From: Acidobacteria bacterium UBA2990
GTDB taxonomy: Bacteria; Acidobacteriota; Vicinamibacteria; Vicinamibacterales; UBA8438
Assembly (NCBI GenBank): GCA_002347025.1
Contig: DEAE01000016.1
Location: 6,877 to 70,876 of the forward strand
Direction: 5' to 3'
DNA: 64,000 nt
Of the stretch, positions 27,663 through 38,465 are shown piece by piece; position 1 is the first letter of the stretch; each line of letters opens with the position of its first letter. The notes beneath the pieces were generated by a model. That model made no database searches. It saw only the letters and a list, made by a program, of their open reading frames with translations, and was not told the origin of the DNA. Both the position numbers and the translations under genes were made by a program.

Positions 27663-28904
27663 TCAAGCGAGATTCGCCTTTGTCTCATCGGTGTCACCAA
27701 ACTGCGGCAGACAGATCCCCTTCGAACCGAGCAGCTCCAGATACAACCGCTGCACATCAGTCACGAGGCGAGAGGCCATAAAGCGTCCACGCACTTCGGA
27801 ACTCGCTGCGGCTCTCATCTGCTCACTACTACCTGGGTCTGCTAGCAACCGACCTAACGCCGCCCCCAAAGCCACAGCATTGCCGGAAGGAACGAGTATA
27901 CCCGTGCGAGCATGATCGATCAGATCAGGTAATCCGCCCACCCTAGTAGCCACGACCGCACAGCCAGCCGCCATAGCCTCGATAGCCGACACAGGCGTCC
28001 CTTCATTTATCGACGATACCGCAAGTACATCTAAGTCCGAATACACCTTGGGCAAATCGTGACGCCACCCCGTAAAGAACACTCGGCCTCTTAGGTCTGG
28101 CTGACTCGCCCGTTCCTCCAAGCTACCGCGCAAGGGACCATCCCCAACCACCACAAAACGGGCCTCAGACCCGGAGGCTCGCATACAAGCAGCAGCCTCT
28201 AGAAACAGACTGTGGTTTTTTATTGGGAACAGACGCCCCACAATCCCTACCAACGGCACATCAGGCTGTAATTCAAGTTCGCGGCGAAACATACCCTTGT
28301 AACGCTTGGCATCAAACATGGGCTCCAAGTCAAGCCCCAAAGGTACAACGGTGAAACGGCTAGCTGGAGCAACCCCCAACGAGACCAAATCGTCACGCAC
28401 TCGGTTACTAACCGCAATCAGCCGATCAGACATCCTGGCTAAAACCCGTTCCATGACTAGCAGACCCGCGCTTCGCATTCGACCGTAGTAACCGGCTAGC
28501 ACGTGACCATGATATGTATGGAGAACGACGGGTACTCCGACCAGCCACGCAGCCAAACGACCAAGAAACCCGGCTTTGGCTGTGTGAGTGTGCACCACAT
28601 GTGGTCGGAACCGCCTAATAAGCGCAATCAACTTTATCAGCGCTGCCACATCCCGAGGCGCTAGGCTTGCCTGCCCGAGTATTTCTGGAATAACAACCGG
28701 TTCGACACCACGGGCTAGAGCATAATCCAGAAGTGTGCCCTCACCCGGGTTCTCCGTACCCGTCACTAACCAGGACATGAAACGTTTATCCATGCCAGAA
28801 TTCAAGAGCGAGACATGCAAAGCCGGCCCCCCAACATTGAGCCGTGCAATGACCCGCAACACCCGGATTTGGCGAGAGGATATCCCAGCAGGACTGTAGC
28901 TCAT
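27663..28904 (-). CDS. glycosyltransferase, GT4-type (GT-B fold)
   Basis: The N-terminus has R.NVGGPA.HV and the C-terminus has the EX7E region S..EGTPVSAIEAMAAGCAVVATRVGG.PDLI. Confidence 0.8.
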   Translation of the reverse strand: MSYSPAGISSRQIRVLRVIARLNVGGPALHVSLLNSGMDKRFMSWLVTGTENPGEGTLLDYALARGVEPVVIPEILGQASLAPRDVAALIKLIALIRRFRPHVVHTHTAKAGFLGRLAAWLVGVPVVLHTYHGHVLAGYYGRMRSAGLLVMERVLARMSDRLIAVSNRVRDDLVSLGVAPASRFTVVPLGLDLEPMFDAKRYKGMFRRELELQPDVPLVGIVGRLFPIKNHSLFLEAAACMRASGSEARFVVVGDGPLRGSLEERASQPDLRGRVFFTGWRHDLPKVYSDLDVLAVSSINEGTPVSAIEAMAAGCAVVATRVGGLPDLIDHARTGILVPSGNAVALGAALGRLLADPGSSEQMRAAASSEVRGRFMASRLVTDVQRLYLELLGSKGICLPQFGDTDETKANLA

Positions 28905-30835
28905 GACAGGGTTGGCAAACTCGTAGGAGCACCAGTCTGATCAAGATCGGGTCTGCGATCAATAAACGTCCGATGCCATAGTTCAAGCATGATTAATCCC
29001 CAGATCCGCATGTGATGCTGAGCTTGACCCGATTCGTGCTCATCGAGATAACGCTGCAAAGTAGCCGGTTCGAAATAACCGCGTTCGGTAGCAGTCCGTC
29101 CAAGAAGAAGGTCGCGAGCTAATTCCCGCATGCCCCCTCGCAGCCACTGGTCGATCGGAACCCCAAAACCCATCTTTCGCCTCGTCAGTATCCCTGAGGG
29201 CAAGTAGGCCCTCATTACCCGACGAAGCAGGTATTTAGGTGTCCCCAACCGCAACTTGAAAGACACTGGTAGGCTAGCAGCAAACTCCACAACGTGGTGA
29301 TCGAGCAACGGGGAGCGGACTTCAAGCGAATTCGCCATTGATGCAATATCCATCTTGACTAGAAGATCATCAGGCAAATACATCCCAACATCAGCATGAG
29401 CGAATCTCTCGACCACAGCTAACGCATTTGCGCTACGCCAGTGGCTTTCCATCAGACCCAAGGAGTCGGACTCGCCCCACGCCGCAGTAAACTCAGGTGT
29501 ATAAAGCTTGAGCTTATGCTCGACGAGTAACATACTCATCCAGCGCCCATACCGTTGAGCGGGCTCAAGATCTAAACCTCCAACAAATCGTCGTAAACGA
29601 GCCACCGCAGTTTTCGGAGTCGCTGCCGGTAACCACGCGGCCGCACTGGCGACCTGCCGCCGCAGCACCATCGGCAAGCAGTCAAGACGACTTGCCAAGA
29701 CTGCCCCAGCATAGCGGTCATAACCAAGAAACGCTTCGTCACCTCCATCGCCGCTAAGAGCTACCGTAACCGAACGTCCTGCCATTTCGGTCAGGCACCA
29801 AGTCGCCAACGCCGACGAATCAGCAAAGGGCTCATTGTAGTGATAAACCAACCTAGGCAAGAAGTCTGTAACAGCAGGTTTGACAACAAGCTCATGATGC
29901 TCGGTCTCGAAAGCAGCGGCAACCGCCCGAGCGTACGGAAGTTCGTCATACTCTGGCTCTTCAAAACCTATCGAAAATGTCTTAATGGTGCCGGACATCG
30001 AACGACGCATTAGGGCCACGACTGCGCTTGAATCAAGCCCACCACTCAGCAATGCACCCAAGGGAACGTCAGCCACTAGACGCCGCTCCACCGACCTAGC
30101 CAACAGTGCGTCAAGTTCAACCCCAAGATCACCCATAGATCCCTGCAGCTTCGGCTCGTAGTCTAGTGTCCAATAACGTGACAACCGCAATTCTCCGTCT
30201 GTCACTAACATGTAATGAGCTGGGGCCAATTTACGAATGTTCTTGAAGGCACTCAACGGCGCAGGTACGTAACCATAAGTCAAATAATGGTGGATAGCTT
30301 CCTCGTCCACCTCGTTCGGCACCGTTGTATCCTGCAGCAAAGCCTTGGGTTCAGAACCAAAAACCACCGTGTCCCCACGGTGCCAGTAAAATAGCGGCTT
30401 CTGGCCGAGGCGGTCTCGAGCCAGCATAAGGGTACGGGTCCTAGCATCCCAAAGGGCAAACGCGAACATCCCGTCAAGCTTGCGGACACATTCAGGGCCT
30501 TCATCTTCGTAAAGATGAACGATCACCTCGGTGTCGGTCTCCGACCTAAATCGGTGACCACGCATCTCAAGCTCATGACGCAGCTCGCGGAAGTTATAGA
30601 TTTCGCCGTTGAACACCAATCTGATCGAACCATCCTCATTCGACAGAGGTTGACGAGCCCGGTCCGACAGATCAATCACAGCTAACCGACTGCTACCAAG
30701 GCCAATACCGGAGGCAGTCCAAACACCCTGCGCGTCTGGTCCACGATGACTCAGAGCAGCCGTCATGTGAGCCACCAGTTTGGGGTCTACGGCCGGTTCT
30801 CCGGAACGAACTAATTTGCCTGCGATGCCACACAT
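28901..30835 (-). CDS. asparagine synthase (glutamine-hydrolysing)-like amidotransferase
   Basis: MCGIAG provides the catalytic Cys2. The Ntn glutaminase domain is followed by the PP-loop SGGLDSS. The product is 644 aa. The start overlaps the upstream GT gene by 25 nt and cannot move, because Cys2 must follow Met1. Confidence 0.85.
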   Translation of the reverse strand: MCGIAGKLVRSGEPAVDPKLVAHMTAALSHRGPDAQGVWTASGIGLGSSRLAVIDLSDRARQPLSNEDGSIRLVFNGEIYNFRELRHELEMRGHRFRSETDTEVIVHLYEDEGPECVRKLDGMFAFALWDARTRTLMLARDRLGQKPLFYWHRGDTVVFGSEPKALLQDTTVPNEVDEEAIHHYLTYGYVPAPLSAFKNIRKLAPAHYMLVTDGELRLSRYWTLDYEPKLQGSMGDLGVELDALLARSVERRLVADVPLGALLSGGLDSSAVVALMRRSMSGTIKTFSIGFEEPEYDELPYARAVAAAFETEHHELVVKPAVTDFLPRLVYHYNEPFADSSALATWCLTEMAGRSVTVALSGDGGDEAFLGYDRYAGAVLASRLDCLPMVLRRQVASAAAWLPAATPKTAVARLRRFVGGLDLEPAQRYGRWMSMLLVEHKLKLYTPEFTAAWGESDSLGLMESHWRSANALAVVERFAHADVGMYLPDDLLVKMDIASMANSLEVRSPLLDHHVVEFAASLPVSFKLRLGTPKYLLRRVMRAYLPSGILTRRKMGFGVPIDQWLRGGMRELARDLLLGRTATERGYFEPATLQRYLDEHESGQAQHHMRIWGLIMLELWHRTFIDRRPDLDQTGAPTSLPTLS

Positions 30836-32025
30836 GACCCTGAATGTCTCAATCGTTCCAAAGAAGCGTTAATCAGGCTCGACATCTCCTCTATACGAGA
30901 CTCCCAGCTGTTACTCCGAGCCACATCCAGTCGCCGATCGACCTGTAGTTGATCAACATCAGCAAGAGCTGCTGCTATCGCCAATTCGAAAGATTCAGCA
31001 TCAGCACCAATCCGTACAATGTCGCCATGTCTTTCATTGAACCGCTTGATCTCTGCCAAAGGGGTTGACACAACCCCGAGGCCCATAGCCAAATACTCAT
31101 TCAGCTTCGCTGGATAAACGTGACGGGTGTATTCCGCCATCCGGTAGGGCACGATCGCTACATCGAACGCGGCCAAATAATGCGGTACCTCAGCTGGCGC
31201 ACGAGGACCGACAGCATGCACATTAGGCAAGTTCGTCAACCTTGAAGCGTCTACCTGCAACGGTCCCACCAGCACAAAGCTCCATTCAGGTCGCCGAATC
31301 GCCACCACTTCCACCAGTTCCTGATCGACCCACTGGTGGACACCACCGAGGTACCCAACAATGGGTCTAGGGAGAGCCTGCATCTCATGCGGCCTAGTCA
31401 ATCCACCGTTTCTGGACAGCTCAAAACGCGGAAGATCGACGCCAGATGGTACCAGGTGCACATTGCCATTGACTAAGCTAGCCCTCTCAAACAAGGCTTG
31501 GGAAGTCACAAAAACCAGATCAGCTTCAGCCAAACACCGAGCTTCCGTATGAGCTAGCTGACCAGCAGCGGGTGTACTAGCTGCCAAATGGTCCACACAA
31601 TGAAAGATGGATAGCAGCGGGTTCAATGAATGGACCAGAGAGCGGCTTAAGGGAGTCGGCAGGAAATTCCAAATAATGGGCCGTTTGGCTCCCCAAGTCG
31701 ATGTCATCCGAAGAATCGCCCTTTTCATGATCGATCGATTGATCGCTTGCGCGACACCCGAGTATGGGAGTGGAAGCACTAACGGCGAATACACCTCTAC
31801 ATTCTCAGGTCTGGGCAATTGCGAGCCGTCCCCCAGCCCACCTCCACGGAGTCTGCGCCACATACGGGGTAGATCCCGTACAACCGGCGGTCGAACTCCC
31901 GTAGTCTCGACAAACAACACCCGATTGCCCTGCTCTGCGAGCGCAGACATGATCTGCTGGTGGCCTTGCCACAAGAAATCCCAGTCTATCGACGAAAGGC
32001 ATACGATGGCGTGATTCCTTAGCAT
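30811..32025 (-). CDS. glycosyltransferase, GT-B fold (GT1/GT4-like)
   Basis: The N-terminus has CLSSIDWDFLWQGHQQIM..LA..GNRVLFVE and the C-terminus has KLNEYLAMGLGVVSTPL, a pattern seen in TuaH-like GT-B enzymes. Confidence 0.65.
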   Translation of the reverse strand: MLRNHAIVCLSSIDWDFLWQGHQQIMSALAEQGNRVLFVETTGVRPPVVRDLPRMWRRLRGGGLGDGSQLPRPENVEVYSPLVLPLPYSGVAQAINRSIMKRAILRMTSTWGAKRPIIWNFLPTPLSRSLVHSLNPLLSIFHCVDHLAASTPAAGQLAHTEARCLAEADLVFVTSQALFERASLVNGNVHLVPSGVDLPRFELSRNGGLTRPHEMQALPRPIVGYLGGVHQWVDQELVEVVAIRRPEWSFVLVGPLQVDASRLTNLPNVHAVGPRAPAEVPHYLAAFDVAIVPYRMAEYTRHVYPAKLNEYLAMGLGVVSTPLAEIKRFNERHGDIVRIGADAESFELAIAAALADVDQLQVDRRLDVARSNSWESRIEEMSSLINASLERLRHSGSCVASQAN

Positions 32026-32031
32026 CGCTCC

Positions 32032-33177
32032 TTACCCACCATGTAGCTCCAGATACAGCTCTTCAGTCATGCCTACCATCCGATTGGCAGAAAAACGCTG
32101 CCGGGCAACTGCCTGACCGGCCTCGCCCAGCCGCCTCGAACGCTGTGGTGCTTTAAGTAGTTCTAACATGGCCCCCGCAAGCGCTGCAGGGTTTCTTGGT
32201 GGGACAATTCTGGCGGTGACACCATCCTCAACCACTTCAGGGATGCCTCCTACGTCTGTAGCGACCACCGCGCGACCGAGCGCCATCGCCTCAATCAACG
32301 TGATCGGCAGTCCTTCAGAGATCGATGGCACTACAACCAAATCGCTCCTTTTCATCAGCTCAAGGCTATCCCTGATCTCCCCCGTGAACGTTACCCGGTC
32401 AGCAACACCAAGCTGCTTAGCGAGCAGCTCAGCTGACGCCCGGCTCTCCCCATCTCCAGCCAAAACAAACCGTACTCGCGGGTAGACTCGAACAACTTGC
32501 GGGATTGCCCGAATCAGATACCGATGGCCCTTGATAGGGAAGAAGTTGGCCACAACTGCCACCACGGGGCTTCCTGAGCCCCAACGTTCAGACGAACCAC
32601 AAGCGACGTGTCGTTCCTGCCGCTCGACTTCATGGACGTCGACCCCATTCTGAATGACCGAGATCCGGCCTCTAGGCACCCTGATCCCAGATCTAGCCGA
32701 TAGGTCATCAGCAACGTATTGGGACGGCGCAATCACACGGTCGCAACCCCAGTAAATAGAACGAAAGACACAAGAAAACGCTTGCCGCCTAACCCGTTTG
32801 CCTCCTGTGACATCGATAGGCAGGAAGTAAGCTCCAGCGACACTACTAACCACTCGCCTAACTCCTGCCAAACGAGCTGCCAATCCACCCAAGACATCAG
32901 CGGTCCACAGATGGGTGTGCACGATGTCACAGCGAGACTCCCGCATCATTCCAGCCAACCTAGTGACTGTTGATAGCCTCCTCAAGTCGACCAAGTCAAG
33001 ACTGAATACCCTTGTGGCGTCTCGCCGATAGGTATCGAACATCACTCCTTGACCGTGGCATGCCACCGTTACTTCAAATCGGCCTGGATCCAACCCCTGT
33101 AAGAGGGTAGAGAACACTTGCTCAGCCCCCCCTACACCAGAGGCGGCAATCACGCTAAAGATTCTGATTCGTTCCAC
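32032..33177 (-). CDS. glycosyltransferase, GT4-type
   Basis: It has GVGGAEQVF and the EX7E region PSISEGLPITLIEAMALGRAVVATDVGGIPEVV. Confidence 0.8.
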   Translation of the reverse strand: MERIRIFSVIAASGVGGAEQVFSTLLQGLDPGRFEVTVACHGQGVMFDTYRRDATRVFSLDLVDLRRLSTVTRLAGMMRESRCDIVHTHLWTADVLGGLAARLAGVRRVVSSVAGAYFLPIDVTGGKRVRRQAFSCVFRSIYWGCDRVIAPSQYVADDLSARSGIRVPRGRISVIQNGVDVHEVERQERHVACGSSERWGSGSPVVAVVANFFPIKGHRYLIRAIPQVVRVYPRVRFVLAGDGESRASAELLAKQLGVADRVTFTGEIRDSLELMKRSDLVVVPSISEGLPITLIEAMALGRAVVATDVGGIPEVVEDGVTARIVPPRNPAALAGAMLELLKAPQRSRRLGEAGQAVARQRFSANRMVGMTEELYLELHGG

Positions 33178-33195
33178 GGATGGTCGACAAAAGTG

Positions 33196-35142
33196 CTAGG
33201 TCGCAGTCTCGACAAGAGCCGCCTTTATAGACGCGCTCAATCCATCAACATCCAACTGATGATGGGCTAAAACCTCATCGTTAGTTCCGCATACCGGCAA
33301 ATCTCGAACCCCAATAGATATCACCGGTAGCGCTACACCGAATCGTGCGATTCGGCTAGCTAACATCTGGCCTTGTCCAGCCTCGACATAATGGTTATCC
33401 AGAGTCACCACAAGCTTTACGCCCACTAACGTTTCCCTGAGCCAATCGGTGTCAACCCGATTTAACCAGGGCAGATCAATAACCTTCGCGCTCACACCCT
33501 CATCGCGGTCGAGTTTCTCTGCCGCATCGTAAGCGTTAGCTAGCAGCCACGGCCCAGCCCCGAAAATGACGACATCGCCACCGGCTCGGACCTCGGTCCC
33601 GATACCCAGACACAGAGCATGGTCGGCTGGTAGCCTGAAAGGTAATGGCCACCCAAGCGACACCAGACGAATGTAGCTACTCGCCTTTGTTCGATTTACA
33701 CAAAAATCAAGTGTCGCCTTCACTTCAACCTCGGAGCAAGGTTCAATAAGCAGCAAGTTCGGTACCGCGGTTAAAGCTGAGATATCCCTTACAGCTTGAT
33801 GTGAATGTCCTGGACCTCCAGGTAACAGGCCTGCCAGTGACCCTACATAGATCACCTTCGTTCCTTCGCTAGCGTTGTTGTAGATTTGCTCGTTTGGTCG
33901 AGCTGAAAGAAAGCAGGCAAACGAGTGCACGAGCGGAATCAGGTCCTGACGGGCCAGAGCACCAGCCTGTGAAACCATGTCCTGCTCAGCAATCCCACAT
34001 TCGATGAAACGCTCTGGAAATCGGCGCCGAAATTCAAGTAATCCACAATCCTTAACTAAGTCTGCATCGAGTACTACAATTGAGGAATTCCTAGCAGCCT
34101 GCTCCACCAGCGCACTCGAATAAGCGTCGACCAAACGTTCAACAGCCAAGACCGGCTTTCGAGGAGGTCGTCTTCCCTTTTCGAGAATCAATTCGCTCAG
34201 CCCAGCTTCCCGGGTGAGAACATTGGCCGAATCAATGAGTTCTGCCAATCCTCTCGCGTAAGCCTCCTCATTTGGCGCCCCGCTATGGAAGAGATAGAGG
34301 TCGTTGTCGTCTAGAGCAGTTGGGCCTTCCATAAACGACACGCCTTTACCTTTCACCGTATCGGCTATGAGCACCTTTGGGACCCCACCAATTTCGTCTA
34401 GTCGATTAAGGGCCAGTTCGATCGCACTGAAGTCGTGACCATCACAGCGTGCGGTCAGCCACCCAAAGCTAGTGAACTTCCCCTCAAGGTCGCCCAGTGA
34501 ACCCACTTCTTCGACCCAAGTGTCAGATTGGATCTTGTTGTGGTCGACTATCACGGTAATTTCGCCCAATCCAAGCTGCACAGCAGATCCAAGAGATTCC
34601 CAAATCTGTCCCTCTTGTAACTCACCGTCTCCAGTCAACACAAAGATACGACGCACCTGACCCTTCATACGCTGGGCTAACGCCATCCCCTTGGCCTTCG
34701 AAATTCCCATTCCGAGCGAACCGGTATTTGCCTGAATAAATGGTGTTTCTACATGCGGGTGACCTGCCAATCCTTCAACACGACGCAAGTTGTGCAACTG
34801 ATCGAAGTCGAGTAGCCCCAGACCGGCCAGCACGGTATAGAGTGCTGGTGCATCATGGCCTTTTGAAGAAAAGAAGAAGTCGCATTTATCTTGACCTTGG
34901 TCAAGTCCTTGCATCCTCTCCAAGAAAAGCCATGTCATGATGTCAACGGAACTGAAGCAGGTCCCAATGTGTCCAGACCAAGCTCGTGCTATCGAGTAGA
35001 AGACATTGATACGTGCGTAGGCTGCAAAAAGTGCAGCGCATTGCTCGGCTGCCAGACCAGCTTCTCTCAACTCTTTGAACGCCAGATACGGCACGTAAGA
35101 CAGCTCGTCTGATTCGACTTCTTCGAGCTGCGATTCACCCAT
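33196..35142 (-). CDS. transketolase-family enzyme (N- and C-terminal halves fused, 648 aa)
   Basis: The TPP-binding region has GH.......TGSLG.G...A.GMA and LTGDGELQEGQIWES. The pyrimidine-binding half has FIECGIAEQDMVSQAGALA. Confidence 0.8.
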   Translation of the reverse strand: MGESQLEEVESDELSYVPYLAFKELREAGLAAEQCAALFAAYARINVFYSIARAWSGHIGTCFSSVDIMTWLFLERMQGLDQGQDKCDFFFSSKGHDAPALYTVLAGLGLLDFDQLHNLRRVEGLAGHPHVETPFIQANTGSLGMGISKAKGMALAQRMKGQVRRIFVLTGDGELQEGQIWESLGSAVQLGLGEITVIVDHNKIQSDTWVEEVGSLGDLEGKFTSFGWLTARCDGHDFSAIELALNRLDEIGGVPKVLIADTVKGKGVSFMEGPTALDDNDLYLFHSGAPNEEAYARGLAELIDSANVLTREAGLSELILEKGRRPPRKPVLAVERLVDAYSSALVEQAARNSSIVVLDADLVKDCGLLEFRRRFPERFIECGIAEQDMVSQAGALARQDLIPLVHSFACFLSARPNEQIYNNASEGTKVIYVGSLAGLLPGGPGHSHQAVRDISALTAVPNLLLIEPCSEVEVKATLDFCVNRTKASSYIRLVSLGWPLPFRLPADHALCLGIGTEVRAGGDVVIFGAGPWLLANAYDAAEKLDRDEGVSAKVIDLPWLNRVDTDWLRETLVGVKLVVTLDNHYVEAGQGQMLASRIARFGVALPVISIGVRDLPVCGTNDEVLAHHQLDVDGLSASIKAALVETAT

Positions 35143-35229
35143 TTCTAACTCCCTCTCCCAAGGTCCTTACTTCAAACATCCCACCATATGAACCAGCCAA
35201 ACCTAGACCAGATCGTCCAGCCCTCGTTT

Positions 35230-36006
35230 CTAGCTTCCTGAATTCAACGATTGCCTAGAAAAGGGCAGCCGGACTATGTCCGGCAGAACAACCTCTCCCT
35301 GTCGCACCAACTCCTCAGCCAACCACCAATCTGCCTGTTCGTTGATGTCAAAACCTTCATGCCCTTCCGTAACAAATGGGACCAAGGTACTACCAGCTAT
35401 CGTCCGGGTTTCCGAAACAACACGAGTCCAAGCGATCTCCAAGCTCGCGTTTTGCACCCAAACCTCAGGAAGCGCTGGCATTTGGCTACTGTGCCAAGGT
35501 TGTTCGGATGGACCAAATGGCAGCAGCGGCAAGAGTCGATCACCTCGAATCATCCACATCTTACCGGGGTGCTGGCTAACCCTCTCTACCGCTCGCAGCG
35601 AATCAACTCCTTTAGCTCGGCGAAACACAGCCCAAGCCCGACGAATAGTCTCTACTGTTCGAAAAGGACTAGTAGGTCTGAGAATCGCGAAGCTATCGAA
35701 AGCGTCGCCACTTTTCTCAAGCGCAACCAAAGCATGATCCACCCATTCGATGTCCGGTGACCTCCCACCTGCCAACGATGCCGGTCTAAGGAACGGCACG
35801 CTGGCTCCGTAGTAACGTGCAATCTCGGCAGTCGCTGCATCATCCGTCGACACTACCACCGAACTAAAACATCCAGCGTCGAGCGCAGCAGCAATCGTGT
35901 AGGCAATTAGTGGGTGACCCGCAAACAACCGCACATTTTTCCCAGGCACACGCGCGGAACCAGCTCGGGCCGGCACGAACGCCACACAACTAGGAACAGC
36001 GCTCAT
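35230..36006 (-). CDS. acylneuraminate/ulosonate cytidylyltransferase (NeuA/KdsB family)
   Basis: AFVPARAGSARVPGKNVR.FAGHPLIAYTI is the signature N-terminus of the CMP-sugar synthetase family (CTP_transf_3 type). Confidence 0.8.
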   Translation of the reverse strand: MSAVPSCVAFVPARAGSARVPGKNVRLFAGHPLIAYTIAAALDAGCFSSVVVSTDDAATAEIARYYGASVPFLRPASLAGGRSPDIEWVDHALVALEKSGDAFDSFAILRPTSPFRTVETIRRAWAVFRRAKGVDSLRAVERVSQHPGKMWMIRGDRLLPLLPFGPSEQPWHSSQMPALPEVWVQNASLEIAWTRVVSETRTIAGSTLVPFVTEGHEGFDINEQADWWLAEELVRQGEVVLPDIVRLPFSRQSLNSGS

Positions 36007-36065
36007 TGCTCCAGGTCCTCAGACACGTTCATTCTTGAGTTCTGTTTGGAATAAGTTCCATCATG

Positions 36066-37589
36066 TCAAACACACGTGGGATCGGCATTGATGTAGATCG
36101 TTTTCCAGTCTGAATAAACATCGAGTGCCTCCGCACCGGCCTCGCGCCATCCAGTACCTGACTGCCTCACACCACCAAAGGGCATATGCGGCTCACTGCC
36201 ATAGGTAGCACCATTAATAGAGGCCACCCCGGCCTTGATACGACTCAGAAAAGTCATACCCCGGTCGATGTTCGCCGTATGAATAGCAGCAGTAAGCCCA
36301 AAAGGCGAATTGTTAGCCAGTTCTAGCGCTTCCTCAAAATCTGACACCCGATAAAGACAGGCAATCGGACCGAAAAGTTCAGCTTGAGAGATCTCGTCGG
36401 AACCGGTCGCACCTTCCAACAGTGTGGGCATCATGAAAAACCCGTTTCGGTGCGCATCATCTGTCAAACGGCCCCCACCGGTCAGTACTGTAGCCCCAGT
36501 TTGGCGGGCTCGCTCAACTGCTGCAATCATGTTCTCAAGCTGTCGCTGATTGATTACTGGTCCCAAATCATCATCATCGGCAGACCCAAGCGTCAGCCCC
36601 TGGGTGTGCTCAAGTAATTGCTCCTTGAAACGGTCATAGATTCCATCGAATACGATAAGGCGACTGCCTGATGCGCAGCGCTGTCCGGCGTTGCTAAAAG
36701 CAGACATTGCAGCCGTCGCCACAGCTCGATCGAGATCGGCGTCATCACACACAATAAGTGGATTTTTTCCGCCCAGTTCCATGCATACCTTGGCTAGCCT
36801 AGCACCAGCCGAAGCCTGAATTTGACGCCCGACATCACATGACCCAGTAAAGCTGATGAGATCGACATCCTGATGCTCAACTAGGGGTGCCCCGGCTTCT
36901 GGCCCAAATCCCTGCACGACGTTGAACACCCCAGGAGGAACTCCAACCTCGTGGAATAGTTTCGCCGCTGCCCACGCTGTCGCCGGTGTATCCTCGGAAG
37001 CTTTCATCACAGCTGTGTTACCACATAAGAGCGCCGGGTACACCTTCCACGCAACGTTCGCTATGGGTGTATTGGCTGCAATGATCAAGCCCGCGACACC
37101 AAGAGGCTGGCGAACCACCAATGAGGTACGGTTTGGGACAGCGCTAGTAGTCGTCTTACCGAAAAACCGCCGCCCTTCACCGGCCACAAAAAGCCCCATC
37201 TCGACTGCTGCCCCAGTCTCCCCTCTGGCATCCTGCCTCGATTTTCCGGTTTCAAGCGACACAATCTCAGCAAATTCTTCGGAACGATCGCGCATCAACA
37301 GCGCAGCCTCTCGCAAAAGATCGCCCCGAGAGACCGGGGTCATATCGGCCCACTCCGACTGCGCTAGGCGAGCTGCCGCCACCGCTCTCTCTATGTCAGC
37401 ATTCCCAGAACGGGCCACCGTACACAACTGTTCCCCTGTCACTGGATCAATATTCAACAGCACCTGACCATCCAGAGCCTGTTCCTCTTGGCCCTTGATG
37501 ACATTTGGAATGTAGTCCGGTATGGGTGACCTAGCGTGCATTTGAATCCGTTCTTTCGAGTATCTAGATGCGACCGCGTTGGTAAGCAC
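36066..37589 (-). CDS. NAD(P)-dependent aldehyde dehydrogenase
   Basis: It has FTGS..VG, the catalytic Glu region MELGGKNP and the catalytic Cys region NAGQRCAS. The start is either M1 or M17. Confidence 0.85.
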   Translation of the reverse strand: MLTNAVASRYSKERIQMHARSPIPDYIPNVIKGQEEQALDGQVLLNIDPVTGEQLCTVARSGNADIERAVAAARLAQSEWADMTPVSRGDLLREAALLMRDRSEEFAEIVSLETGKSRQDARGETGAAVEMGLFVAGEGRRFFGKTTTSAVPNRTSLVVRQPLGVAGLIIAANTPIANVAWKVYPALLCGNTAVMKASEDTPATAWAAAKLFHEVGVPPGVFNVVQGFGPEAGAPLVEHQDVDLISFTGSCDVGRQIQASAGARLAKVCMELGGKNPLIVCDDADLDRAVATAAMSAFSNAGQRCASGSRLIVFDGIYDRFKEQLLEHTQGLTLGSADDDDLGPVINQRQLENMIAAVERARQTGATVLTGGGRLTDDAHRNGFFMMPTLLEGATGSDEISQAELFGPIACLYRVSDFEEALELANNSPFGLTAAIHTANIDRGMTFLSRIKAGVASINGATYGSEPHMPFGGVRQSGTGWREAGAEALDVYSDWKTIYINADPTCV

Positions 37590-37631
37590 GCCCCAGTTTC
37601 AGTACAGGTGGCAGGGCGACACGGCCTTCCT

Positions 37632-38447
37632 TCACCAAGCTGTGAAACCCCCGTCCACCCTCAATTCTGTGCCTGTGACATAGGAAGATGCGTCCGACGC
37701 CAAAAACCGTAACGGTCCCCTCAGGTCAGCGTCCACAGCCATTCGACCTAGCGGAACGCGATCATTAAATTTTCGCTGAAACTCAGGGTCTTGGTCTCCC
37801 AGCACCCCTCCTGGAGATAGCGTGTTAACCCTCACTCCGTACGGCCCCCAAACCGTCGAGAAATATCGAGTCAAGTTGACCACGGCTGCCTTGGAGGCAC
37901 CGTAGGCCGGCGGCTTCAAGAAAGGTGGTTCAAGAGCCATATGGTCATAGAGACGAGCATCAGGCGAAACACTGGCATAAAGCGACCCTATGTTGATAAT
38001 CGACCCTCGACGAGCCTTCACCATCTCAGCCCCAAACACCTGTGTCACCTGGAATGTGCCCAAAGTATTGACTTCCAAAATCGTGCGGCAGACATCAAGA
38101 GGCACATCCTCTAGGCGATGAGATACTAACCCACCAACCGAAGCCGGCTGATCAATACCAGCATTGTTGACTAAGACATGTACCCCACCCAAGGTTCTCC
38201 CACAAGTGTCCCGCGCCACGATTAGTGCATCTCGATCAAGCACGTCGGCCCTATGTAGCACCAACCTGGTCTCATCGTGAACCCCTCGCAAGGATTCAAA
38301 TGCAGAGCTAATCTCGGCCCCATCCAACTCAACAGCAAAGACGGCGGCCCCCGCATCTAACAGTGCCTCAACCCAGATAGGTCCAAGCTTACCGGCCGCA
38401 CCAGTCACCACCGCAACAAGACCATCGAGACGAAACGGGTCTGACAT
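37632..38447 (-). CDS. short-chain dehydrogenase/reductase (SDR)
   Basis: It has VTGAAGKLG (TGxxxGxG), NNAG and the catalytic YGASKAA (YxxxK). Confidence 0.85.
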   Translation of the reverse strand: MSDPFRLDGLVAVVTGAAGKLGPIWVEALLDAGAAVFAVELDGAEISSAFESLRGVHDETRLVLHRADVLDRDALIVARDTCGRTLGGVHVLVNNAGIDQPASVGGLVSHRLEDVPLDVCRTILEVNTLGTFQVTQVFGAEMVKARRGSIINIGSLYASVSPDARLYDHMALEPPFLKPPAYGASKAAVVNLTRYFSTVWGPYGVRVNTLSPGGVLGDQDPEFQRKFNDRVPLGRMAVDADLRGPLRFLASDASSYVTGTELRVDGGFTAW

Positions 38448-38465
38448 AAGGCAACCAACAACCGG

